From: a virus
Taxonomy: Duplodnaviria; Caudoviricetes
IMG/VR virus record: IMGVR_UViG_2866474162_000001
Span: 11,688-75,687 of that record
Length of the DNA: 64,000 nucleotides
Reading direction: 5' to 3' (one strand)
The first letter of the stretch is position 1. The number at the start of each line of letters is the position of its first letter. The notes beneath the pieces are model-generated. The model saw only the letters and a program-made list of their open reading frames with translations. It did no database searches and was not told where the DNA came from. Made by a program: the position numbers and the translations under genes. Positions 9,328 through 19,800 of the stretch are shown here, in pieces.

Positions 9328-10401
9328 GTGAGCTCGGACTGGCGGTGGGAGACGTCGCTGGGTGGGCCGGTACTACGCCGGCCTGTCGCCCCGATGCTGG
9401 CCGCGCCGGTCGACGCGGTGCCCGAGGGTCCGAACCTGGTCTATGAGCCGAAGTGGGATGGGTGGCGGGCGCTCGCCTTCCGGGGAGCCTCCGACGTCTA
9501 CTTGCAGTCGCGCGCCGGCAGGAATCTGACGCCGTACTTCCCGGATATCACGCGGGCGGTGCGGGCCTTCGTTCCGCCCGGTGTGGTGCTCGATGGGGAA
9601 CTGGTCGTCTGGGAGCGCGGGCGGACGAACTTCGCCCTGCTGCAGCGGCGGGTCACCGCGGGCCGACAGTTGCTGCGCGAGGCCCGTGAGCACCCGGCCT
9701 ACTACGTCACCTTCGACCTTCTCGTCGACGCTGGCGGGGAGCCGGTGCTCGACGCGCCGCTGGTCGAGCGTCGGGCGCGGCTGGTGCGGCTGCTCGCCGG
9801 CGCCCCGCCGCAGTTGGCGGTCACCCCGCAGAGCGCCGACCTGTCCGAGGTGAGCGGATGGCTGACCACCTGGACCGCGGCGGGCGTCGAAGGGGTTGTG
9901 ATCAAACGCGTCGACAGCCGGTATGAGCCTGGCCGCCGAGGATGGGCGAAGTTCCGGGCACGTGCCACCACGGAGGCGATCATCGGCGGCGTCACCGGCA
10001 GCATCCGCAACCCCGAGACTGCTCTCCTCGGCCGCTTCGACCGGCGGGGTCGACTGCGATACACCGGCCGCACACACCCGCTGGCCACGCCGCAGCGTCT
10101 GGAGCTGGCTTCGCTGCTCGCGCCGCCACGCCCGACCGACCGCCCTGTTGTCATCCATCCCTGGCCCGATCCGCTCCCGGCTTCCTGGTCCGGCCAGTTC
10201 GAGCGGCCCGAGCCGCTGCGCTACACCCAGGTCGAGCCCACCGTGGTGGCTGACATCGAGGTGGACACGGCCTACGAGCACCACCGGTGGCGTCACCGCG
10301 TCCGGTACGCGCGCCCAAGGCCGGACCTGTCGGTGTACGACGTGCCCCTGATCCTCAACGAGGGTGAAGATCCCTTCTCCGGCCACGCGCGCAGCGCCTG
10401 A
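9328..10401 (+). CDS. ATP-dependent DNA ligase (LigC-like)
   Basis: YEPKWDGWR (motif I), VLDGELV, YVTFDLL, EGVVIKR, WAKFR; start uncertain (9328 or about 9393). Confidence 0.88.
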   Translation: MSSDWRWETSLGGPVLRRPVAPMLAAPVDAVPEGPNLVYEPKWDGWRALAFRGASDVYLQSRAGRNLTPYFPDITRAVRAFVPPGVVLDGELVVWERGRTNFALLQRRVTAGRQLLREAREHPAYYVTFDLLVDAGGEPVLDAPLVERRARLVRLLAGAPPQLAVTPQSADLSEVSGWLTTWTAAGVEGVVIKRVDSRYEPGRRGWAKFRARATTEAIIGGVTGSIRNPETALLGRFDRRGRLRYTGRTHPLATPQRLELASLLAPPRPTDRPVVIHPWPDPLPASWSGQFERPEPLRYTQVEPTVVADIEVDTAYEHHRWRHRVRYARPRPDLSVYDVPLILNEGEDPFSGHARSA

Positions 10402-10462
10402 GCTTGATCGTCGCCCCATTGCTCGACAGCCGGCAGGAGCCGGCGTAGGCCTGCGGTTCGGA

Positions 10463-11779
10463 TCAGGCAGCAGGTCGGTCTGATCGAGGGGCCCAGTTGC
10501 TGCGGTCGGCCCACGCGTCAGCCCCTACCTCGGCCTGAGGAAAAGGAGTTGTGTCGTGGCCGCGAGTGCCGAGGTCGGGGCGCTCCTTCCGTTCCTGCTC
10601 GTCGATCTTGATCAGGTCCGACATGGCTTCGACGTGCAGCCGTTCTGCGTCGAGCAGGTAGGAGATGAAGGTGTGCACCGTGTCGAGCAGGGCCTTCTCC
10701 GGATTGCTGCACGAGGAGAACAGGCCGTTGACGGCTTCGATGTAGCTCTTGAGGGCGCCGATGAGCGTGCCGATGTGCTGGTAGCCGAGGCCGGCGTAGG
10801 CGTTGCGCAGGCCCTCAAGCATGCTGGCGGCCTTCTTGCCCTCCTCGGCCAGCCAGCGTGTCTGGGCTTCGAGCTGTGTGAGATAGGCCGCCGCGCGGTC
10901 GGCGTACTGGCTGAAGGCTTGCGAGGCGCTGCCTTCCCAGTAGAGCTTGAGGTTCTTCAGTTCGCCGTCCATCTCGGCGCGGAGCTCCGCGTAGGTGTTG
11001 GCGGCCGAGTGAACCAGGTCGGCGCGGTTACGGATGATCTTGGGTGAGGACCGCCAGGCGTGGACCATAAGGTTGGTCAGGGGAAGGCGCTCGCCCGTGC
11101 CCAGCTCGATCAGGATCGCTTCGAGCTGGAGCAGCGTGTCCCGGTACTCGTGGATGAACGTGTCGAGTTGGTCGCCTTCGCCGTTCTCGTAGTAGGTGGT
11201 GCGGCCGCCGCTGAAGCCGAGGTTGTTGCCGTCGGTGCTGCCGATGGTGATCGGTTCCTCGACCTCGCGGGTTCGTGGCAGCTTCTCGTTGCGGGTGGCG
11301 CCCAAGCGGTCATTGCCATCGGGGATCACCACCACAGGCTGGTCGTCCGGAAGCCTCCTGTCGTGCGGTTGGGCGAGGACGCCGGCTCCGCCGGGGCGGA
11401 CCCGTACGCTGCCGCCGTAGCCGTCTCCGAGTGGCAGATAGGGCAGCAGGTCCCGATTCATCACGTCGAAGTTGGTGGCGACGTCCAGCTCGGTGCCCTC
11501 GTAGTCCGCCGCGATCTGCATGAGCCCGTCGGCCATGCGCTCCATCTCGTTACGGGCAGTGTTCGCCTCGGAGATCCTGCTGCCCAGTGCGGTTGCCCAG
11601 TCCCGGTTCAGCTTCTCCGAGATGCCTTCGAGCGTGCCCCACGCCGCAGCGGGGATAGATCCGACATCGCCGAGGTAGCGCCCGACGGCGCTGTAGGTCA
11701 CGGCGTCTTCGTAGCGCTCCACGCCGAAGGCCACCAGGGCCCGCGACTCGACCCGAAGGGCGGACGTGTCCGTGGTCAT
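10463..11779 (-). CDS. WXG100-like (type VII secretion substrate-like) protein
   Basis: Helical repeats with AWGTL and LYWEGSASQAF; ATGA overlap with the upstream gene. Confidence 0.6.
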   Translation of the reverse strand: MTTDTSALRVESRALVAFGVERYEDAVTYSAVGRYLGDVGSIPAAAWGTLEGISEKLNRDWATALGSRISEANTARNEMERMADGLMQIAADYEGTELDVATNFDVMNRDLLPYLPLGDGYGGSVRVRPGGAGVLAQPHDRRLPDDQPVVVIPDGNDRLGATRNEKLPRTREVEEPITIGSTDGNNLGFSGGRTTYYENGEGDQLDTFIHEYRDTLLQLEAILIELGTGERLPLTNLMVHAWRSSPKIIRNRADLVHSAANTYAELRAEMDGELKNLKLYWEGSASQAFSQYADRAAAYLTQLEAQTRWLAEEGKKAASMLEGLRNAYAGLGYQHIGTLIGALKSYIEAVNGLFSSCSNPEKALLDTVHTFISYLLDAERLHVEAMSDLIKIDEQERKERPDLGTRGHDTTPFPQAEVGADAWADRSNWAPRSDRPAA

Positions 11780-12081
11780 GACTCTTGCCACTCCCCGTGC
11801 TGCAACTCGACGGGCGTGAACGGCTCAGCCCCGACGGGTGAGCCGAAGTAGTCGATGCGAAGCTGGCGGTACTGCCGCCGGTGATCGGCGACCGCGGCAA
11901 GGAGCGCCGTGCGAATCTCGGAAGCCACCTCGTCCGGGCTGCATTGACGCACCATGCCGCGGATGATGACGACATTGATCTCCCCATCGTGGTGCCGGAT
12001 CACCCGCACCCACCGATTGACGGAGACACCTTTGGCCGTGATCCGGCCGACGTCCTCGAAGTAGCGCTCAAGCTTGCCCAC
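11776..12081 (-). CDS. YbaB/EbfC-like small protein
   Basis: ITAKGVSVNRWVRVI...DEVASEIRTALLAA; AGGAG RBS. Confidence 0.55.
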   Translation of the reverse strand: MGKLERYFEDVGRITAKGVSVNRWVRVIRHHDGEINVVIIRGMVRQCSPDEVASEIRTALLAAVADHRRQYRQLRIDYFGSPVGAEPFTPVELQHGEWQES

Positions 12082-12089
12082 GCGTGCTC

Positions 12090-12659
12090 CTAGTCGCTGG
12101 CCTTGAGCGCCATCGCGCGGTCGATGATGCGCTGCGCGCTGCTGTTCGCGTACGCGACGACCTGCTCCGGGGGCCGGCTGGAGCTGCTGAACTCTGCGAG
12201 GGTGTGCGCGTAGCGCTCGTCGGAGGCCACGAACACGCCGGCGAAAGCCTTGTCGTTGATCTTCTGCGAACAGGCGCGAGTCACCTTGTACCTAGCGCCG
12301 CTCGGATTCGGAACTACCTCGCCGTAGCAGGGGCCATCCGTCGCCTTCTTGCGCAGAGCGGCTTCGTCGTCACCTGCGCTGAGATCCAGGACGACCGTGC
12401 CCCAGTAAGCCTGGTCCGCGGACCGAAATCCAAACTCGCACCGGACCAGAGACCTGGTCACCTCACGCGTCGGCTCGGTACGGGTGAGGGTCCAGGAGCC
12501 CTCCACGGCGCTCGGCAGAGCTTCGGCCAAGTCATTGCAGGAGGGAACGACCTGGTCACCAGCTAGGGGCCCCCACCGCCACAGTCCCAAAGAGCCGACG
12601 CTCACAAAGACAACTCCAGCCAGGATGGCCAGCGGCCTCTTGCTCATCCGGATATTCAC
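12090..12659 (-). CDS. Membrane-anchored/secreted hypothetical protein
   Basis: N-terminal hydrophobic segment; extracytoplasmic domain with four Cys; GTGA overlap. Confidence 0.6.
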   Translation of the reverse strand: MNIRMSKRPLAILAGVVFVSVGSLGLWRWGPLAGDQVVPSCNDLAEALPSAVEGSWTLTRTEPTREVTRSLVRCEFGFRSADQAYWGTVVLDLSAGDDEAALRKKATDGPCYGEVVPNPSGARYKVTRACSQKINDKAFAGVFVASDERYAHTLAEFSSSSRPPEQVVAYANSSAQRIIDRAMALKASD

Positions 12660-12916
12660 CCCTCGGGGCGCCGTTCGTCGCGAGGAAACTCGACTTCCCG
12701 CCTCGCCTGTTGTAAGGACGCCAGTGCCAGCCTGGCCGCTGCCCGCACCTGTCGGGCCAGCGAATCGTCGCTGTGGCGATGCAAGCCCTGAACATGCACC
12801 TCCACGTCACCATGCGAGGAGGCGATGATCCGGACTGACCGGTCGGGCGAGTGGACGTCCGCCTGCGGGTCGGCAGGCGCTTCGTCGGAATCTGAAGGCC
12901 GCGGTCCAGGGATCAT
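12656..12916 (-). CDS. Second YbaB/EbfC-like small protein
   Basis: SVRIIASSHGDVEVHV...DDSLARQVRAAARLALASL; GGAGG before ATG 12916. Confidence 0.45.
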   Translation of the reverse strand: MIPGPRPSDSDEAPADPQADVHSPDRSVRIIASSHGDVEVHVQGLHRHSDDSLARQVRAAARLALASLQQARREVEFPRDERRPEG

Positions 12917-13068
12917 TGACCGAGGACCTCCCTGGCCTGTCCGGCACCTGCCACCGGGGCCCGAGACCGCCCGATGCGACTGTCGATCCGCGCGCACATG
13001 CGGCGACATTACCAACGACCGTCATCGCTTCGCTGCCCTGAGTAATCGTCAGGAATGGGCCACCCGAG

Positions 13069-13281
13069 CTACTGGTATTGGTAGACCTCGGTGCCATCGA
13101 GCCTGCCGGCATGGAGGTAGACGTGCTCCACCGCAGGCGCGGCAACGTCGCCTGCCCCGACGTATAAGCCAGTCTGAGGCAGCTTGACCACCGCCGGTGG
13201 GCTTCCGTCGGCGGCGACCTCCACGGGCATCAGTCGCCCGTCGACCGGTCCACCGAGAAACCACGCCTCTACTGCCGCCAT
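13069..13281 (-). CDS. Small hypothetical protein
   Basis: MAAVEAWFLGGPVDGRLM... resembles small phage-type FxGGPxDG proteins. Confidence 0.5.
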   Translation of the reverse strand: MAAVEAWFLGGPVDGRLMPVEVAADGSPPAVVKLPQTGLYVGAGDVAAPAVEHVYLHAGRLDGTEVYQYQ

Positions 13282-13490
13282 CCGGCCATCATGCCGCTGG
13301 CGGTTGGTGGGCATGGACAGCGACATCAATCGCCATGGCCGAGCCTCCGCCTCGGCCATGTGCGGGGGAGCAGCTGCGGTTCCCCGGATGCCGGCGCAGC
13401 CCGCATTGGCTCAACGTCGAGGCGCCGTCGCTGTCAACCGGGTCGTGTTCGGGCGAGCCCTCATCAGGGGCTCAAGGCGCACCTGAGCTG

Positions 13491-13934
13491 CTACGGGCGC
13501 AGGCTTCCGCGTGCTTTCCCGAACAGTGACGCGAGCTCCGGAGTCATCGAGTAGTTGCCGCTTCCGCCTACCGGGCCGTCTTCGAAGCGGAACGGCAGTG
13601 AACGGCCGACCTCGGCGCAGTAGCGGCCCGGCCAGGCCAAGACACCCGCGACCCCGTACTTGCCATTCGGGATGTCCAGGTCGCTCGCGAGCTGCTCGCC
13701 CGAGAACGTTTTCTCAGGCGAGTCGATGAGAACGCCGAACAGGTCCTTGGCGCGTTGGCTGAACTTGGCCCAGACAACCTTGGCGAGTTCCAGGTCGCTG
13801 TCCGTGTCCTGCCAGGCAACCGCGTCCGAGGGGCCGTCCGATACTTCACGGGGCGGCCCGGCGAGCCAGCGACCGAACATCTCGTAGAACTCGGGGATGC
13901 GCTCCTCTGGCACGAGCACCTTGATCTCTTGCAT
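13491..13934 (-). CDS. DUF6416-like wHTH protein
   Basis: AKDLFGVLIDSPEKTFSGEQLASDLDI...GVAGVLAWPGRYC; GGAGG RBS before ATG 13934. Confidence 0.6.
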   Translation of the reverse strand: MQEIKVLVPEERIPEFYEMFGRWLAGPPREVSDGPSDAVAWQDTDSDLELAKVVWAKFSQRAKDLFGVLIDSPEKTFSGEQLASDLDIPNGKYGVAGVLAWPGRYCAEVGRSLPFRFEDGPVGGSGNYSMTPELASLFGKARGSLRP

Positions 13935-13972
13935 CTCTACCTCCAACTTGCTCATTGGACGGAGCCAGGCTA

Positions 13973-13993
13973 TACCTATGTCAGGCATAGGTA
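13973..13993. promoter_or_regulatory. Perfect 8-bp inverted repeat, candidate operator
   Basis: TACCTATG-TCAGG-CATAGGTA between divergent genes 13491-13934 and 14194-14631. Confidence 0.45.
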
Positions 13994-14193
13994 AAGACAG
14001 GTAGGGGCCAGGCGCGGGGCCAGCGGAGGGTGGCGGTGCCCTAAGTGGGAGGTCGGCGGGCTTGCCTTGGCGGATCGTTGCGCACCACCGGGGGTGGGTG
14101 TTGAGGCAGGGCTAGGCGGATATGTTCTTGCTCTTCGATCTGTCGGTCTGGCAGAATCTCTGAGTGCAGAGATTACACAGATTAGGGGGAGGT

Positions 14194-14631
14194 ATGCGGC
14201 GGATCGAGATCGACGACGACGTGTACGCCGAGCTGGAGCGGAACGTCAAGGGCTTCGAGCAGCCGAACGATGTCCTCAGGCGAATGCTCCTAGAGAAGGG
14301 CCACTCCACCGCGGGAAGCCCGGCGGTTCCCAGCCCGGCCGCGCCGTCCATCCCAGGAGCTCTCACCGCCCTCATCGAGAAAGGGTTTGTGAAGCCGGGC
14401 GACGCTCTGAGCCATGTCCAGGTGCGGAAGGGGCGGCGCTTCGCCGCGACCGTCGAGGCCGACGGCTGGATCAGGACCGAACTCGGCCGATACAAGGAGC
14501 CCTCGCCGGCGCTGGGCAAGCTGGTAGGCACGTCGATCGACGGGTGGGCGTACTGGATTCATGACCCGACGGGGAAGTCCCTTCGACAACTGCGCGCGGA
14601 GAGCGGCGCTACCGGCCGGGGAGGCCGCTGA
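14194..14631 (+). CDS. SeqA-N-like/RHH plus RAMA-domain protein
   Basis: MRRIEIDDDVYAEL...PNDVLRRML N-terminus; ATVEADGWI...YKEPSPA...IDGWAYW C-terminus; GGAGG RBS. Confidence 0.65.
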   Translation: MRRIEIDDDVYAELERNVKGFEQPNDVLRRMLLEKGHSTAGSPAVPSPAAPSIPGALTALIEKGFVKPGDALSHVQVRKGRRFAATVEADGWIRTELGRYKEPSPALGKLVGTSIDGWAYWIHDPTGKSLRQLRAESGATGRGGR

Positions 14632-14831
14632 ACCAGTACCGATCGGCTCAGGGCATCGGATGTGGTCGTGCGGGGTGGGCGTAGGCGTAGCTGGTCGTTG
14701 GGGTCCCGTCGATGTGCCCTGAGCGATCAGTTACCGCCGCGGGCAGCCAGCCGGCAAATGGAGCACTGTCGCGCCCGCTGCTTCAGCAGGCGTTCGGATC
14801 AATCATAGGAAGGAAGCAAGGAGTGGCTTCC

Positions 14832-15857
14832 GTGCCTACGCCGGCCAAGGATCCGCAGCGGGCGGTCATCCAGGCCCTGTACGACCACTTCCGCAGCCAT
14901 GCTGTGTGGCCGGAGTTCGATCGCGTAGACCGCCAGCTCTGGCGAACGGCGAAGATTGACGTCGCCCAGGTGGCCGTCAGCATTCCCGAAGTGTTTCTGG
15001 TGACGCACGGACCGCGCGGCGTCGCACCCAGAGGCCACGACATGATGCGGCTTACGCTAGCCGGCATCGAGCGCTGCGACGGAGGCCAGGACGACGTCGA
15101 ACTCTTCCTCCGCGCCCTGCGCTGGCTAGCGCGATACGAAGACAAGCATGACCCGGAGCCGGGTGAGACGACAGTGATAGTCACCCGCGCCATGCTCGCC
15201 AAGGGCCTCCGCGTGCCCTTGCGTGAGGCTGGCCGGCTCCGTCGGCTCTTCGAACTGCTCTATTGGGAGCGCTGGGGCGGTGAGGGAAATTCGCGCAATC
15301 CCGATATAGACGACTGGCGCGTGAAGGTCGGGCGGGATGTCAGGCACTTCTTGCGTGTGAGGAGCGTCGAGGACTTCCTCGAGGCGACAGCGGGCTGGCT
15401 CGGGCCTCATGCGCCCATCGGTGTTGAATCCCGTTCTGAGCCGTCGACGGCCTCCCAGGAGGAAGCAGGCAGCTACATCGATGAGCGCATCTTCGACCTC
15501 ATCAAGCAGGCACACGGAGGCCGATGGGACTGCACAAAGCTCCTCGTTCTTCTGCGTGAGCTCGATGACAACTACCGTGGCGGCAATGCATACGCAGCGC
15601 ATGCCTTGCTACGTGCCCTGCTGGATCACGTGCCACCGCTGTTTGGTCAGTCGTCGTTCGCGCAGGTCGCCAACAACCATCCATGGGGCCGAACCGATGG
15701 CAAGTACGTCAAGCGTCTCGTAGCCTTTCGCGACCAAGCTGACGATGTGATGCACCGCCAGATCGCTAGGATCCCATGTCTGCTGTCCATGGAGGACATG
15801 CCGCCCCGTGCCGTGGTCAACCGCTTCCTGGCGGGTTGCGCGGATCAACTCGGCTGA
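14832..15857 (+). CDS. Hypothetical protein with Abi/HEPN-like C-terminus
   Basis: LLRALLDHVPPLFG...RDQADDVMHRQI; AAGGAG RBS. Confidence 0.55.
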   Translation: MPTPAKDPQRAVIQALYDHFRSHAVWPEFDRVDRQLWRTAKIDVAQVAVSIPEVFLVTHGPRGVAPRGHDMMRLTLAGIERCDGGQDDVELFLRALRWLARYEDKHDPEPGETTVIVTRAMLAKGLRVPLREAGRLRRLFELLYWERWGGEGNSRNPDIDDWRVKVGRDVRHFLRVRSVEDFLEATAGWLGPHAPIGVESRSEPSTASQEEAGSYIDERIFDLIKQAHGGRWDCTKLLVLLRELDDNYRGGNAYAAHALLRALLDHVPPLFGQSSFAQVANNHPWGRTDGKYVKRLVAFRDQADDVMHRQIARIPCLLSMEDMPPRAVVNRFLAGCADQLG

Positions 15858-16099
15858 CGCCCGGATCGATGTTGAAGAGGAGGCGTGAGGCGGCCGGTGG
15901 AGTGGAGTCGCCGGGCAACCACCAGGACCGGGACAGGCGGAGTGCGGAGCCTGGCGGAGAGGCAGGCGTTTGTGGTCGAGGACCTACACGCCGCGCTCAG
16001 TGGACCGCACGACGGCGAGACGACAAAGGAGGCGGAGGTGATCCCGCGGCATCGGGCGGCGGGGCTGACTTCGCGAGTGACTGCCCATAGGGTGCCCTG

Positions 16100-16684
16100 A
16101 TGGCAACCGATGACGAGTACCCGGTTCCCGGGGTTGACCAGACTCGCGCGGAGCTGGAGGCGCACGAGGAAGGCCCAGCCGGCTATGGCATGGTGTGGGT
16201 CGAGTGCGTGCTGACCGGTGACCTGCTTAGCGCGTGGGCGTTGCTGGACGACCCGTTTCGCTTGGCATTGGTGCAGCAGTGGATCTACGCCAACCGGGAG
16301 GACGCCGACGTTGCCCGGTTCGACCGCGACGGCCTGGCGCACGATCTGTCGAGCCCGCAGTGTGTGCAGCATCCGCTATGGCCGCGCGTGCACGACGCGG
16401 TGCTTGCCGAGCTGCGGCGGGATCTGGCCGGATGGGATGCGGACCGGCTCGGCTTTCTGAGCCGGCCCCGCCCGGTCAGTCCAGGCTATGAGGTGGTGGT
16501 GCTGGGGCAGGGCACAGAGATCAGAGTGATTGATCATTCGCGGCCGATGGTTGCCTACCCGATGCTGATGCATCTGACCGAGCGGGGTTGGCTGATTGCC
16601 CGCGCTGGTGCCGACACTGCCCCGGTTCCTGGCTGGCCGCCCACCTTCCCGCCCGGCCGGCTCATTACCCGGCTCGACTCCTGA
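16100..16684 (+). CDS. Hypothetical protein
   Basis: 194-aa ORF with natural composition. Confidence 0.5.
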   Translation: MATDDEYPVPGVDQTRAELEAHEEGPAGYGMVWVECVLTGDLLSAWALLDDPFRLALVQQWIYANREDADVARFDRDGLAHDLSSPQCVQHPLWPRVHDAVLAELRRDLAGWDADRLGFLSRPRPVSPGYEVVVLGQGTEIRVIDHSRPMVAYPMLMHLTERGWLIARAGADTAPVPGWPPTFPPGRLITRLDS

Positions 16685-16883
16685 CACCGCGACGCCGTGC
16701 ATAGCCACGCCGGTCACACCGGCCTCAGCGGGTGCTATGGATGTTCGTCCAAGGGCTGCGGCCGTTGGCCTCGTTGGATGCGGGGTGCGCCGTAGTGGAT
16801 GGTGTCCACATGGGGGGGCCAGGGCGTAGCCTCACGTTCGGTTCGTGCTGTATCGGCTAGCGTTGTCTTGAGTTCAGCAGGAG

Positions 16884-19800
16884 TTGTCGTCGACCATGAC
16901 GAGTGGTGGAAGCGCAAGGTCTGAGCGTTACCTGTACGAGCGGTTGTCGGAAAAGCTGTTTCAGCAACTGTGCAACGCCCTGCTGGTGTTGCAGTTCCCC
17001 GACGTTTCGTGCTTCCCCGTTGGGCAGAAGGACGGCGGCCGGGACGCGGTGCGCAAGGAAGGCCAGAAGCCTGGGGTGATCTACCAGGTCAAGTGGTCCA
17101 AAGACGCGGTCAAGAACCCGGTGACGTGGCTGGCTGCCACCATCAAGGAAGAGACGAAGAACATCGAGCGTCTCGTGGCCGAGGGTGCGACGGCGTACGT
17201 GCTGATGACCTGCATCGCGGGCACGAGCGCGCCCGGCACGGGCAGAATGGACAAACTCGACGCGGAGCTCGCCGAGTACTCGAAACAGTTCGGCATCCCG
17301 ATGACGTGCTGGTGGCGCGCAGACATCGACGCCCGAGTGGAAAGCGCGCCCCGGGAACTGGTCTGGTCGTTCTCGGAGATGCTGGCCGGCCAAGACGCGG
17401 TGCGGTACGTCATTGAAGCCGACAAGATCGCCGCACATGAGCAGACTCTCCGCCGGTTGCTGCTCAGTCTGATCGCAACACAATGGGAAGAGGACGCAAA
17501 AGTCAAGTTTCGGCAGGTCGAGATGGACACCTATAACCTCCTCGACCTATATGTGGACGTCGAAGCCGTCCGCATCGCTAAACCCCGGAACGCGGCGCCG
17601 AAACCAGCAGTTACGACCATCCACATTCCCGATGATGACGACCCTCTGCCGCGTCCTCCAGTGCACCAATATCTCGTCGACGGGACCTTGACGCCCGAGG
17701 AGGAGCAGGCGCTCGGTGGGGCCGCCCAGTACCTCCTCAACGCGACCCAGCCGTTGATCCTCGTGCGCGGCGAGCCAGGCCAGGGCAAGTCGACCCTTGC
17801 TCAGTACTTGTGTCAACTCCACCGTGCAGCCTTCCTGCCTGAAGGGGAGTACTTCGCTGGCCCGCGCCCCAAACGTGCCGTGAGCGCACCGAGGCTTCCG
17901 CTGCGAGTTGACCTGCGTGACTACGCCCGGTGGTGTTCTGGAGAGGATCCATTCGCAGAGGACGAGGCGCGATCGCCGCGCCGACGACGCCCGAGGCCGC
18001 AGCCAACGCTTGAGAAGTTCCTCGCTCACCTGATAGCGGCACGCAGCAACGGCGCTGATGTCGGAGTGGACGCCGTGATCGATGTGATTAGCCGTTTCCC
18101 GATGTTGGTCGTCCTAGATGGGTTGGACGAGGTGGCCCATCAGGACGCCCGGAAACGTATTGTGAGGGAGATCGACGAGTTCGCCGCACGACTGGGTGCC
18201 GGCGCAACCGCGCCGCAATTGATCGTGACCACTCGTCCCAACGCCTCGGGCTTGGCGGAACCTTCTGCCGACAAGTTCGAGACCATCGCGCTCGTCCCGC
18301 TCAGTCCCGATCTGCGCGCCGCCTACCTACGCAAATGGGCTGACGCGCGGGGACTGCGCGGCATGGCCCGCAGAGCGCTGGAGGGAACCTTCCGACACCG
18401 ATCGATCGAACCTCACATCGCGCAACTGGCCGATAACCCCATGCAGTTGACAATCCTGCTCTATCTAATTCAAAAGCGCGGGGACTCGGTACCTGATGGA
18501 CGCACTCAGCTCTTCCGTGCGTATATGGAGACGTTCCTGGACCGAGAGTCCGAGAAGAGCCGGTCCGTACATGAGCACCGCGACGACCTGGAGGAGGTCA
18601 CCGCCTACCTCGGCTGGCACTTGCAGGCCTCCGCCGAGACGGACCCAGCGGCTGGCCGAGTGCCGACGAGGGCGGTCCGTAAGGCCATTTTGAACTACCT
18701 GGATGACGTAGAGAAGGACACGACACTCGTCGACGACCTCTTCACGGCGGTGACTGACCGCGTGTGGGCGTTGACCAGCAAGGTACAAGGCACCTTCGAG
18801 TTCGATATCCAGACGATGCGCGAGTACTTCGCCGCCTCGTACCTCTGGGGATACGCTGGAGCGGACCTGCGTGGCTTTGACAAATCGACGATCCTGGGAG
18901 AACTTGTCCGACGCGCCTACTGGCTGAACACGTGCCGCTTCTTCGCAGGGTTCGCTAACCCGAACGAACTCTCCGGCCTGGTTGACGTGCTGGAGGAGGA
19001 GTTCGATGGACGCCAACGGCCGATGCAGGTCCGGCTTGCCGCCTGGACTCTGCTACAAGACGGCGTTTTCGCCAGGCAAACACGCGCCCAAAAACGTGCC
19101 ACAAGGCTATTCGCTGACGACCTCAGTGTCCGCCTTATCGACGACGCCCTACGCGACAAACGCGCCTTCACCTATCCAAACCGTGCCGTCAGGGCGTTGG
19201 CTGAAGATCGCGGCGCCGGACATCTGGTCTCTCTGCTCTTGGAGAAGACCAAGGCGGACCCGAACCACAACTTAGGCCCAACCCGTATTAGTCTGGCTAC
19301 ACAGATCGGCGCGGATATCCATGAGTGGTGGTTGCCGCACATGGCCGCGGCTGCGGGTAGCCAAAATGAACTAGCCTGGCTCCGCTGCGGTATACCGTTC
19401 CGGGGAGCCGCCCGCCTGAAGCCGGATGAGGTGGCCCGGCTACGACTCAACTCTACAGAAGCCGCTGAAGTTGCAATCAGTTGCGGCTTGAAGGCCCCCA
19501 CTGGCTCGCCACTGGAGCAGAAACTCATCCGCGCCGTCCTTGACGGGCATTGCTCCGAAGCAAGCCTTACGGCTGCCACCGGAGTGGCTGGCGACCTGAT
19601 CAAGGTGCTCGCGCCGTGGCGCTTCCTGAGCAGAGCCAGGAAGCACCCAGATGGCGCACACCGAGTGAGCGTCGGTCATCGCTTCGTCGTCGGCATCTCC
19701 GACCAGTCCCGCGAGGTGGCACAGCGTCGCCTACGTGACTACGAACCCAGCTTCGACCGGGTGCTGTCCGCGATGCGGGTCGGCCGAGGCCAAGCCGGAA

